From the NCBI GenBank assembly GCA_965203175.1, contig OZ241867.1, positions 2,016,001 through 2,080,000 on the forward strand: 64,000 nucleotides of DNA, in the 5' to 3' direction. Every line of letters starts with the position of its first letter. Positions within the stretch are counted from its first letter, which is position 1. Positions 21,267-29,659 of the stretch are shown piece after piece. Both the position numbers and the translations under genes were made by a program. Below the pieces are notes generated by a model that was not told the DNA's origin, did not search any database, and worked only from the letters and a program-made list of their open reading frames with translations. This DNA is from Candidatus Latescibacterota bacterium. GTDB taxonomy: Bacteria > Latescibacterota > UBA2968 > UBA8231.

Positions 21267-21566
21267 TCATTTGGCTAACATTTCACCTAGACGACGGTTC
21301 CTCTCGACGCTGCTCTGGAAATGGGCCATAACCGAGGCTCGGGGCTTTTCTTGGATGCGGTTTTCAATGTATTCACGCATGGCCTCTGGTGACACACCGA
21401 GCAACCCCTCCTCCCGGCGATCCTTGAGAATAAGCGCTATGGACCCAACCAAATTCTCGCGTGCTTCGTCCCTAGTTTTGCCCTGACCATTTGCCCCAGG
21501 AATTTCGGGACAATAGGCAATATACCATTTCTCGTCCTGCTCGATAATCGCCGTAAACTCTTTCAT
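21267..21566 (-). CDS. HicB-family antitoxin (no hicA seen)
   Basis: FTAIIEQDEKWYIAYCPEIPGANGQGKTRDEARENL. Confidence 0.8.
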   Translation of the reverse strand: MKEFTAIIEQDEKWYIAYCPEIPGANGQGKTRDEARENLVGSIALILKDRREEGLLGVSPEAMREYIENRIQEKPRASVMAHFQSSVERNRRLGEMLAK

Positions 21567-21734
21567 AGCGTGCGTTTAGCCTCTCTGTATTGGCTCTCGA
21601 AGTATGGTCAGGTCGGCTTATGCTTCAATAATGAGCTGTATCCTTCCAATAACGCCCAAATAGCATTGGCCAGCAAGCGAGAGATTGGGTTTCCAGAGCG
21701 GAGACGATGCCCAATGACGACGGTGCTTTTGGTT

Positions 21735-21835
21735 TCACTCCCGATTCGCTATGTGCAACTCCCACAACTGCTCGGGCGACACCTCGCTCGGCGCACCCAT
21801 GAGCGGATCCTGCGCATTCTGGTTCATCGGGAAGG
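21735..21835 (-). repeat. 101-bp direct copy of the aspS 3' end (24058-24158)
   Basis: Hand alignment gives 4 mismatches in 101 nt; includes the stop codon. Confidence 0.92.
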
Positions 21836-21837
21836 TG

Positions 21838-22098
21838 TGTTGCCGACGCCCTCGCGAGCCTTCTGCACCAGCAGCCGGACGGCATCGAGCTGGTACTAAC
21901 GCGGGAAGATCATCGTACTTCCTTCCAGAGGTAGGCTGTCCGATAGCTGCGGCCTACCGGATCGTGTGGATTCCCGGAACCGCCATCACATCCCTTGTCG
22001 AAGGGCAGGAAGTAGGTTGCGTCGCCGGCTAGGCGCGTGGTCGTGCGCACGTATTCGGTATCGACGGCAAAATGGACGAGTGTGCGCCGTTTGAACTC
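21838..22098 (-). pseudogene. Degraded internal fragment of hsdR
   Basis: Matches 15283-15364 and 15462-15642 with an ~100-nt deletion and a TAT>TAG stop in FPRY. Confidence 0.88.
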
Positions 22099-22171
22099 AG
22101 GAATCTTGCTCTTGCGAACAGAAGCAGTCGGGGTCTCGCAGTTCCCAAGTCGCCTATTCGCCTCAACGACT

Positions 22172-22930
22172 TCATTTCAATTTCTCTAGATGCGTCTCGA
22201 CTAGAAACGTCGCTACAGCACCCGCAGCGTTTACCGCAAGGCTCGCATGTCGTGGTGACGGACGAACAGGCAAAGGTCCTCCCTTGCCGTGCGAATCGGA
22301 GAGCCGATTGCGCAACGTTCCGATGCCGTTCACGAGGTTCGTCACGCTACCGAGGATCGCCTTGATCGGCTCCTCCGAATGCTGGTTCGGCGCTAAGCTC
22401 AAAGCCTTAGAAGCCTTCTCATATAGCTTCGGCAATTTGTCTTTGTCGGTATAGTCCAGCGAAAGGTCGTCGAGGATGCGCTTGATCACGGTTTCCAGCA
22501 ATGTCCGGGCAAGAGTGATCGCACCTTCGGGGTCGTCTGTCCTACGCGACAATGCCTTCGACCACACCGCGTGAACGTGTTCGGCATCAAACAACTGAAG
22601 CGCATCGAACGTGACCGAATCGGCAGGCGCGAGGTTTTGACCTTCCAGACTGTCAACAAGAGGAGTGAAGGCTGCACTGATGATCTGCCGACGCTCCGCG
22701 TACGTTTCAGCCTCGTTCTTGATGAATGGCCAGAAGGCCTCCAGACTTCGATAGGTGCGAACGAAGTCGGGAAGCAAGTTCCTGATTTGGTGATCGTTCA
22801 TGAACTCCCGGCGCAAATGCACGTAAATGGCGTCGTCAGAGGAACCATATGTCGCCGCATCAATCAGAATCCGCTCCATCATTTTGATCCGTTCAATGAT
22901 CGAGTCTGGAAGTTCTTGTTCGTTAATCAT
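22172..22930 (-). CDS. Abortive-infection family protein (Abi_C domain, AbiJ-like)
   Basis: DPEGAITLARTLLETVIK...LRNRLSDSHG (HEPN-like R-x-H motif). Confidence 0.85.
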   Translation of the reverse strand: MINEQELPDSIIERIKMMERILIDAATYGSSDDAIYVHLRREFMNDHQIRNLLPDFVRTYRSLEAFWPFIKNEAETYAERRQIISAAFTPLVDSLEGQNLAPADSVTFDALQLFDAEHVHAVWSKALSRRTDDPEGAITLARTLLETVIKRILDDLSLDYTDKDKLPKLYEKASKALSLAPNQHSEEPIKAILGSVTNLVNGIGTLRNRLSDSHGKGGPLPVRPSPRHASLAVNAAGAVATFLVETHLEKLK

Positions 22931-23067
22931 TATGGTCTTCTTGGCTTACATGGATGAATTTGAGCCATACGCTGTCCAAGTGTCTGAAGTCTGTATCTGT
23001 TGACAGGAGTGCAGCCCCGCTTACGTGAGCCGTCGCGGCGATCCAGAGATCATTATAAATATATCGC
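22923..23067 (-). pseudogene. PIN/VapC toxin remnant (C-terminal half)
   Basis: 23054-22923 reads NDLWIAATAHVSGAALLSTDTDFRHL...*; the N-terminal half is missing. Confidence 0.75.
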
Positions 23068-24009
23068 TCAATCGAGTTGGGCTAGGAGATCCTCGATGGG
23101 TTCATCGCCAGGCCACGTGCCCGCAAGCTCAATAGGGTCAAAGCCCCCGACTTGCTTGCGTTGTCCCGAGAACAGGTCATGCGATTTCTGGACCTCTATT
23201 GATGGCATTTCTTCGAAAACGACATCCTTTTCCAGCCGACCACTAATCCGGCGAGCCTCGATCAATCGCGACTGCCCATTGGCCTTGAAATGCACCATTC
23301 CCTCAACAGTGGTCTGCTTGCCCCATAGAGGACGCAAAGTCTCTACACTCAATGATGCGTCTAGCCGTCCAAAGAGTGCTGACTTCTGGCTCACCAAAAG
23401 GCGAAAGCGACCATTATCATGTTTGATCTCGTCGAGCCTACCACTTATGATGAAAGATCTTGGAGCCGGAATGGCATTCAACTGTTCTTTGACATATGTG
23501 TAGGAAATATCGTTCAGCTTGAATTGCCCATGCGCTGTCCCTTGAGGGATCATTTCGTAGCGCACGCCGGAGGCTCTAGCCGCTTGCCTAAACATAAGAA
23601 TCGCTTCGAGAACTGAACTATCGAAATAGTCTCCAATTGGATTGTCGGTCTGGGTCTCATTGATCGATTGAGCGACCAGGTCGAGCGCTGTTCCATCTAG
23701 GTCGGGCTGCTTATTCCATAAATCTTTCTGGGTAAATTGTTCATAGGCAGTCTCGCCAAGCCGAGGAGCCTCTATGTCAAAAATCGTGGATCCAGGTTTC
23801 AATCCAGTTATCGTAAAGTCAATGGTGGCGTTCAGCCACTGAGGCCTCGCTCCCCTCCCCCCACTACCTGCACCAGTGGCGAGTAAGCGGGTGGTCCGCT
23901 CTGCTGTCACGAGAAGGGCGTCCATAACACGCCGGAGAGTCGCCATCTTGATTTGACCTTCATCTTCTTTCAGGCCGCTGATGCGGAGTTGGTAGCGTTG
24001 TGTTTTCAT
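23068..24009 (-). CDS. Hypothetical protein, possibly the partner of the PIN remnant
   Basis: Long low-GC ORF; acidic C-terminus GTWPGDEPIEDLLAQLD abuts the PIN remnant. Start may be GTG 24021. Confidence 0.7.
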   Translation of the reverse strand: MKTQRYQLRISGLKEDEGQIKMATLRRVMDALLVTAERTTRLLATGAGSGGRGARPQWLNATIDFTITGLKPGSTIFDIEAPRLGETAYEQFTQKDLWNKQPDLDGTALDLVAQSINETQTDNPIGDYFDSSVLEAILMFRQAARASGVRYEMIPQGTAHGQFKLNDISYTYVKEQLNAIPAPRSFIISGRLDEIKHDNGRFRLLVSQKSALFGRLDASLSVETLRPLWGKQTTVEGMVHFKANGQSRLIEARRISGRLEKDVVFEEMPSIEVQKSHDLFSGQRKQVGGFDPIELAGTWPGDEPIEDLLAQLD

Positions 24010-24057
24010 GGTGGGACTCACTTTCCTGGGTTGCTGAGGTCCATTTCAAGAATAATA

Positions 24058-25818
24058 TCACTCCCGAATCGCTATGTGCAACTCCCGCAACTGCTCGGGC
24101 GACACCTCGCTCGGAGCGCCCATGAGCGGATCCTGCGCATTCTGGTTCATCGGGAAGGCGATGACCTCGCGGATGTTCGGTTCGTCCGCCAGCAGCATGA
24201 CGATGCGGTCGATACCGGGCGCGATGCCGCCATGGGGTGGCGCGCCGTAGCGCAAGGCGCGGATCATGCCGCCGAACTTGCGATCCACTTCTTGCTGCGA
24301 GTGCCCGGCAATCTCGAACGCCTTGTACATGATGTCTGGTCTGTGGTTGCGGATGGCACCGCTCGACAGTTCGAGGCCGTTGCAGACGATGTCGTACTGA
24401 TACGCCTTGATCTCCAGCGGTCGTTGCGTCTCTAGCGCAGCCATGCCGTCCTGTGGCATGGAAAACGGGTTGTGCGAAAAGGCCACACAAGCGCGTTCTT
24501 CGTCCCATTCGTACATGGGAAAATCGACGACCCAGCAGAATTCATAGCAACGCTCCCGCCGCAAATCGAGCCGGTCTGCCAGATGCAGGCGCAACCGTCC
24601 CGCTATGGACGCTGCCTCGGCTGGCGGTCCGGCGATGAAGAAAATGGCTGACCCCGGAGCGGCTGCACACTGCTCGATGACGCGGCTACATACGGTCTGT
24701 TCCAGCGCGGCGGCGATTGAGCCGGTGGCCTGCGCTCCGTTGATGAGGTACGCCAATCCCTTGCCGCCCGCCTCTTTGACGAATGCTTCGAGGCTATCGA
24801 AAAACGAGCGCGGCTGCGCTTCCAGTCCGGGAACGCACAGGGCGCGGACGACCCCTTCTGCTGCAACGATGTCCCTGAACAGCCTGAACGAGGATCCCGC
24901 GAAAATCTCGGAGAGGTCTTGGATTTCGAGCGCGAAGCGCAGGTCTGGTTTGTCCGTGCCGAACCGCAGCATGGCGTCGACGTGGGAAAGACGCGGGAAC
25001 GGCGGTGCGGTCACTTCCCAATCGGTGAACTCGCGGAAGAGACCGGAAAAGAGTTCCTCGACCACTGCGAAGACATCCTCTTGCTCGACAAAAGCCATCT
25101 CGAGGTCGAGCTGGTAGAATTCGCCGGGGGAGCGGTCGGCGCGGGCGTCTTCGTCGCGGAAGCAGGGCGCGATCTGGAAGTAGCGGTCGAAGCCGGACAC
25201 CATCAGCAACTGTTTGAACTGCTGCGGTGCCTGCGGCAGCGCGTAGAAGCGGCCGGGATAGAGCCGGCTCGGCACGAGGTAATCGCGCGCGCCTTCGGGC
25301 GAGCTGCTAGTGAGAATGGGCGTCTGGAACTCGGCAAAGCCCATCTTTGTCATGCGCCGTCTGATGCTGGCGATCACCTCCGAGCGGAGCTGAATGCGGC
25401 GGTGCAGTCCGGCCCGGCGCAGGTCCAGGAAGCGATAGGACAAGCGAGTACTCTCCCCCACGTCGGGATCTTCGGCGACGGAAAAGGGAAGTGGCTCTGC
25501 CAGCGAGAGCACTTCTAGCTCGCGCACGGCGATTTCCACCTCTCCAGTCTCCATGGTGCTGTTGATAGTCTCAGGCGACCGCTTGCGCACGTCGCCTACG
25601 ACGCGGATGACGGATTCGCGGGGGACCTTTGACGCGGTTGTCGCAACGTCATTCTCTGGTGAGATCACGAGCTGGGTAATGCCGTAGTGGTCGCGCAGGT
25701 CTAGGAACAATATGCCTCCGTGGTCCCTTTTGCGATGAATCCAGCCGCTCAGGTGGATGGTTTGGCCGGCGTGACGCTTGCGGAGTTCGCCGCAGGTGTG
25801 GGTGCGATAGCGGTGCAT
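24058..25818 (-). CDS. aspS: Aspartate-tRNA ligase, probably non-discriminating (Asp/Asn)
   Basis: [14 protein letters not shown] (His typical of ND enzymes), [44 protein letters not shown]. Confidence 0.96.
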   Translation of the reverse strand: MHRYRTHTCGELRKRHAGQTIHLSGWIHRKRDHGGILFLDLRDHYGITQLVISPENDVATTASKVPRESVIRVVGDVRKRSPETINSTMETGEVEIAVRELEVLSLAEPLPFSVAEDPDVGESTRLSYRFLDLRRAGLHRRIQLRSEVIASIRRRMTKMGFAEFQTPILTSSSPEGARDYLVPSRLYPGRFYALPQAPQQFKQLLMVSGFDRYFQIAPCFRDEDARADRSPGEFYQLDLEMAFVEQEDVFAVVEELFSGLFREFTDWEVTAPPFPRLSHVDAMLRFGTDKPDLRFALEIQDLSEIFAGSSFRLFRDIVAAEGVVRALCVPGLEAQPRSFFDSLEAFVKEAGGKGLAYLINGAQATGSIAAALEQTVCSRVIEQCAAAPGSAIFFIAGPPAEAASIAGRLRLHLADRLDLRRERCYEFCWVVDFPMYEWDEERACVAFSHNPFSMPQDGMAALETQRPLEIKAYQYDIVCNGLELSSGAIRNHRPDIMYKAFEIAGHSQQEVDRKFGGMIRALRYGAPPHGGIAPGIDRIVMLLADEPNIREVIAFPMNQNAQDPLMGAPSEVSPEQLRELHIAIRE

Positions 25819-25845
25819 GGTAGCCTCCAGTTTTGGATGTACATG

Positions 25846-25882
25846 AAAAACCCGCCGTCGGCGCGAGGCTCAACGGCGGGTT
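25846..25882 (-). terminator. Attenuator terminator 2 (proximal to aspS)
   Basis: Minus strand AACCCGCCGTTG-loop-CGACGGCGGGTT followed by TTT; 12-bp stem. Confidence 0.85.
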
Positions 25883-25902
25883 GGGGTGCGGGTAGAATCC
25901 GA

Positions 25903-25992
25903 TCACGGCCAACGCCATCGAGCCCGAATGGCGGGGTTATTATCGTTATTGTTAGCAAAGGCGTAGGCCGTGTGATTGTAGCGGAATGTCAT
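25903..25992 (-). CDS. Asn-rich leader peptide 2, MTFRYNHTAYAFANNNDNNPAIRARWRWP
   Basis: AGGAG RBS (26001-26005), ATG 25992, run of NNNDNN codons, TGA 25905-25903. Confidence 0.85.
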   Translation of the reverse strand: MTFRYNHTAYAFANNNDNNPAIRARWRWP

Positions 25993-26005
25993 TGCAAAAG
26001 CTCCT

Positions 26006-26046
26006 AAAAACAGAAAACCCGCCGCGATGCGTGTTCGCGACGGGTT
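26006..26046 (-). terminator. Attenuator terminator 1
   Basis: Minus strand AACCCGTCGCGA-acacgca-TCGCGGCGGGTT followed by TTCTGTTTTT. Confidence 0.85.
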
Positions 26047-26072
26047 GTGAATTCTTGGGTTGGATTCAGTCG

Positions 26073-26138
26073 TCAGAACACGCGCAATGGGGCTAGCGGG
26101 TTATTATTCTGTGTGCGGTCGTTCTGACGAGTTATCAT
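26073..26138 (-). CDS. Asn-rich leader peptide 1, MITRQNDRTQNNNPLAPLRVF
   Basis: ATG 26138, ND and NNN codons, TGA 26075-26073. No SD; ATG lies 8 nt after a -10 box, so probably leaderless. Confidence 0.78.
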   Translation of the reverse strand: MITRQNDRTQNNNPLAPLRVF

Positions 26139-26146
26139 AGTCGTCT

Positions 26147-26174
26147 AAGATAGAGGAAGGCCGGATCCCGTCAA
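26147..26174 (-). promoter_or_regulatory. sigma70 promoter of the aspS leader
   Basis: Minus strand TTGACG-N16-TATCTT. Confidence 0.65.
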
Positions 26175-26201
26175 GCCAGACTGGGCCGCGCTTGCTGGTC
26201 T

Positions 26202-28721
26202 CTACAGCCCGAACCAGCGGTTGAGCTTGATCAAAAAGATGCTGTCGCCATCGTCGGCGAAGGCGCGGCTCAAGTCGCCGGCGGGGCGGAACCTCGGGTC
26301 GCTAACGTCGTCGAAGGCGCGGTCGCGGCTCTGCTGCCAGACGGCGAAGAGCGTGCTGCCGGGTCGGTACTCCCAGCGCAGCACTGCGTTAGAGCGCAGT
26401 GAGCGGCGGCGAAAGTCCGGGTTTTCTTCAAGGCCGGCGTAGGGTGAGAATTCGTAGGACCGTGGGCGCGCCAGTTCCTTGATGGCACCGTAGTCGCCGG
26501 TTGTCGCGAAGGGCTGCGCGAACAACTGCAAGCTCAGACTCGGCGTGAAGGCCCAGGTGACGCGCACGCCGATCTCGAAGACGCGGCTTTCGAGCTCGCC
26601 GAAGATGAAGTGGTCGTCCTCGCTGTCGCCGTCCTCGTCCTTGTTCTCTACCCACTGGGCGAAGTTGCGGTTGAAGTTGTAGCCCGGCTCGATTCCCAGC
26701 TCAAACTGGGATACGGGGCGCAGTGCGATTTCAAAGCCGACCCACGATCCCAAGTTGTCGCCTCCCCGGCTCCCGCTGATGTTCCAGCCGAGCCAGCCGC
26801 TGATGGGCTTGCGGTCGTCAGTCCACACGTCCATGCCAAACCAGGTGTGGGCGGGCGAGAGCATGAGCGGTCCGCCGCGAGTGGCCAAGTCGTCAAAGGC
26901 GGCAAAGTTGCGGCTGAGGCCCATCCAGAATCCCCAGTAGTTATGCAGGTTGTGCCAAGTGTTGAAGTTGATGCCGCGGGACAGCCGCTCGCCGGCGAAG
27001 TTCCAGTGGTTCCAGACGTTGACGTTGAACCCGGAGCGGCGGGCGAACCAGTAGGGGTCGAGCTTCTCGTGATAGATGTGGGCACCGGCTTGGATGCGGT
27101 CGTTGCGCCGCATAAAGCCGAGGTCGTTGGCCTCAAAGCCGGGCGACTGCGCGTCCACGTACGCTTGGCCGCCGAAGGCACCGCCCGTTTTCTGAAAGTA
27201 GAGCGCGCCCTCCCAGCCGGTGTCGCGTTCCTTCTCCTGCCCAGCGCGACTGACGGCGAGCCGGCTGTAGAGGCGGTAGGCGTTCTCCCACCACTTGACG
27301 TGCAGGTCGCCGGCACCGACGTAAGCCGGGTCAAAGCCGCGGCCGTTGACCGCAGTGAGTTGGGCTCCAGCGGTGGAGTTGGTGAGTAAATCCTGTTGTA
27401 CGCGACCGATAAAGTAGTTGGTGATCGGCTCGATCTCGACGTCGCGGCGCAGCGTATCGATGCGGCCTGTCTCAGCGCTGGTGATGCGCTGGTCGATGCG
27501 CGCTTCCTCCCGGCCGGTGACGGCGTTGAGCAGGCCAAAGGCCGTGCGTCCGGCGGTCTTTCCCGATACTTTGACGGCACCGAGGATGGTGGTGTTGTCG
27601 GGACGGTCCACCTCGTTGCTGTCTTCGGGCAAGTCAAAGCGCGAGGGCGGTCGGCCAATGCGCCGCGAGTGGAACAGGCGCGTGGGCCGGCGGATGCCGA
27701 CGATGAACGGCGTCGGCGATTCAAAAATCTGGATGCCCTCTAAAAAGAAGGGCCGGCGCTCGCGGAAGAAGGTCTCAAAGACGCCCAGATTGAGCACGGC
27801 TGGGTCCCCCTCGATCTGGCCGAAGTCCGGGTTGATGGTGGCGTTGAGAGAGATGTTCGACGATAGGCCGTAGCGCAGGTCGAGGCCGGCCGAGGAGAAC
27901 AGGTCGTGCTCGCTGTCGCTGTCTCCCGGCGACAGGGTGCTGCGGCCTAGCGCGAAGGGGAAGATCTCGAGGCTGCGCTGTGGCCGGATGCCTTCGATCC
28001 CTTCGAGATGACCGAAGCGCGAGACGTAGCCGCTGACGCCCCGAGGTTTGAAGCTCCACTGTGACCACTCGGCGCGGCGGGAGATCTTGCGAAAGACGTT
28101 GATCCCCCAAGTATAGCTCTCCTTTTCGCCGAAGCGCAGGACGTGATAAGGGATCTTCAACTCCAGGCTCCAGCCGTCAGCGCGCCGCGCCGTCTTCACC
28201 TCGGCCACGCTGTCCCAGCTATCGTCAAAGTCGTCGTCGTTGTAGATAATCCCGTCCCCGATCCAGCCTGAGGGACCCACGACGAAGTAAACGCCTGTCT
28301 GATGGTCGTGGTGGGGGTCGAGGTTGATCTCGAATAGGTCGCGCTCGCGCCACTCGTCGCGCCGCGCCAGCCGCGTGGTGATGCTGTCGGGATGGGTGTC
28401 GTAGCAGATGCCGGCGATGTAGAGGGCGTCGTCGTCGTAGGCCACCTGAAAGGTAGTGCGTTGCGTCGAAGGCTGGCCGTTGTCCGGGTCGTTTTGCGTA
28501 AACCCCTCGTGTACGGGTGCGCGCAGCCAGATTTCGTCGTCGATGACGCCGTCGAGACGCGGCGGCACCTCGGCCCGCACGGCGCGGGCGGTGCGCTGGG
28601 GGTGCGTCATCCAAAACTGCATCTGGGCATCGCTGGTGTCGGCCCGGGCGGGTTGCTCATCGGCTGCGGCTGCCTCGGAGATGAGAAAAGCGGCGGCTAG
28701 CACTGCCGCAAACATGTGCAT
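26202..28721 (-). CDS. DUF5916-family protein (CBM9-like domain plus outer-membrane barrel)
   Basis: Signal peptide, PRLDGVIDDEIW, TINPDFGQIEGD, FFRERRPFFLEG, LRWEYRPGSTLFAVW. Confidence 0.85.
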   Translation of the reverse strand: MHMFAAVLAAAFLISEAAAADEQPARADTSDAQMQFWMTHPQRTARAVRAEVPPRLDGVIDDEIWLRAPVHEGFTQNDPDNGQPSTQRTTFQVAYDDDALYIAGICYDTHPDSITTRLARRDEWRERDLFEINLDPHHDHQTGVYFVVGPSGWIGDGIIYNDDDFDDSWDSVAEVKTARRADGWSLELKIPYHVLRFGEKESYTWGINVFRKISRRAEWSQWSFKPRGVSGYVSRFGHLEGIEGIRPQRSLEIFPFALGRSTLSPGDSDSEHDLFSSAGLDLRYGLSSNISLNATINPDFGQIEGDPAVLNLGVFETFFRERRPFFLEGIQIFESPTPFIVGIRRPTRLFHSRRIGRPPSRFDLPEDSNEVDRPDNTTILGAVKVSGKTAGRTAFGLLNAVTGREEARIDQRITSAETGRIDTLRRDVEIEPITNYFIGRVQQDLLTNSTAGAQLTAVNGRGFDPAYVGAGDLHVKWWENAYRLYSRLAVSRAGQEKERDTGWEGALYFQKTGGAFGGQAYVDAQSPGFEANDLGFMRRNDRIQAGAHIYHEKLDPYWFARRSGFNVNVWNHWNFAGERLSRGINFNTWHNLHNYWGFWMGLSRNFAAFDDLATRGGPLMLSPAHTWFGMDVWTDDRKPISGWLGWNISGSRGGDNLGSWVGFEIALRPVSQFELGIEPGYNFNRNFAQWVENKDEDGDSEDDHFIFGELESRVFEIGVRVTWAFTPSLSLQLFAQPFATTGDYGAIKELARPRSYEFSPYAGLEENPDFRRRSLRSNAVLRWEYRPGSTLFAVWQQSRDRAFDDVSDPRFRPAGDLSRAFADDGDSIFLIKLNRWFGL

Positions 28722-28856
28722 TATCCTTCCTTCTTGGTTGAGGATAGCAAAGGGCTCCACTTAGAATTCAAGCTCCCCTGACGGTTGAACAATGTCAAAA
28801 GTGGGTGTGGGCGTACGGGGGATGGGTGACCGCTGGGCTTGCCTCGATAATCCGAT

Positions 28857-28884
28857 GTGACTACAATTATCCTAATGTAGTTAC
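28857..28884. promoter_or_regulatory. Inverted-repeat operator of the Phd-VapC operon
   Basis: GTGACTACA-N10-TGTAGTTAC just upstream of the RBS. Confidence 0.55.
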
Positions 28885-28896
28885 AAGGAGATCCCA

Positions 28897-29163
28897 ATGA
28901 ACGCATCCGTACGCGACCTGAAGAGCAGGTTGTCGCGCTATCTTCGGCAAGTCCAGCGGGGAGAGATAGTCGTCGTAACTTTGAGAGGGAAGCCCATCGC
29001 CCGCCTCGTGCCGCTACCGTCCCTCCCAGTGGAAGAGCGGTTGGCCACCTTGCCGGGGATCAATGCCGGGATAGGGGGAAAACCGAGAGGTGCCACGCGC
29101 CCCGTGCGCGTTAAACCTGGGAAGAAAAGCGTTGCGGACATCGTGGTGGAAGAGCGACGGTGA
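28897..29163 (+). CDS. Phd/YefM-family antitoxin
   Basis: SVRDLKSRLSRYLRQVQRGEIVVVTLRGKPIARLVP. Confidence 0.92.
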   Translation: MNASVRDLKSRLSRYLRQVQRGEIVVVTLRGKPIARLVPLPSLPVEERLATLPGINAGIGGKPRGATRPVRVKPGKKSVADIVVEERR

Positions 29164-29651
29164 TCCTCTTTCTCGATACATCGGCTCTCGTCAAGCTGTA
29201 CGTTGAGGAGGCCGACTCCGAGACGGTACGCGGCTGGGTGGATGTGGCCGAGGAAGTTGCCTGCCAGTGGATCGCATACGTGGAAGCGCGATCCGCTTTG
29301 GCTGCCAAGCAGCGTTTAGGCGACCTGTCCGATGCAGAGCTGGAGGAATGCAAGAAGGAGCTGGAAGAGGATTGGGAGCGATATCACCGCGTCGCGGTTA
29401 CCCAGACTCTCCTGCGACGAGCCGGTGCTCTGAGCGAACAACTCGGCGTGCGCGCCTATGACAGTGTTCACCTTGCGGGGGCTGAGTATCTGCAATCCTC
29501 GCTAGGAGTGCCGATAACCTTTGGGTCCTTTGACCGTCGACAGGTCGATGCGGCCGCCCGGCTTGGAATGCTCATTCCGGCCCAGGGCGATGACCAGAGT
29601 GATGACCAGAGCGAAGGCAATTCTCCTTCACCAACGGCATCTGCTTCATAG
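29160..29651 (+). CDS. VapC/PIN toxin
   Basis: FLDTSALVKLYVEE, VEARSAL, RAYDSVHLA, SFDRR; 4-nt overlap with the antitoxin. Confidence 0.92.
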   Translation: MILFLDTSALVKLYVEEADSETVRGWVDVAEEVACQWIAYVEARSALAAKQRLGDLSDAELEECKKELEEDWERYHRVAVTQTLLRRAGALSEQLGVRAYDSVHLAGAEYLQSSLGVPITFGSFDRRQVDAAARLGMLIPAQGDDQSDDQSEGNSPSPTASAS

Positions 29652-29659
29652 CAAAGGAG

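Noticed and set aside
29589-29612. 12-bp tandem duplication (DDQS x2) in the VapC tail
   Set aside because: Two copies in a probably disordered extension; no functional evidence.
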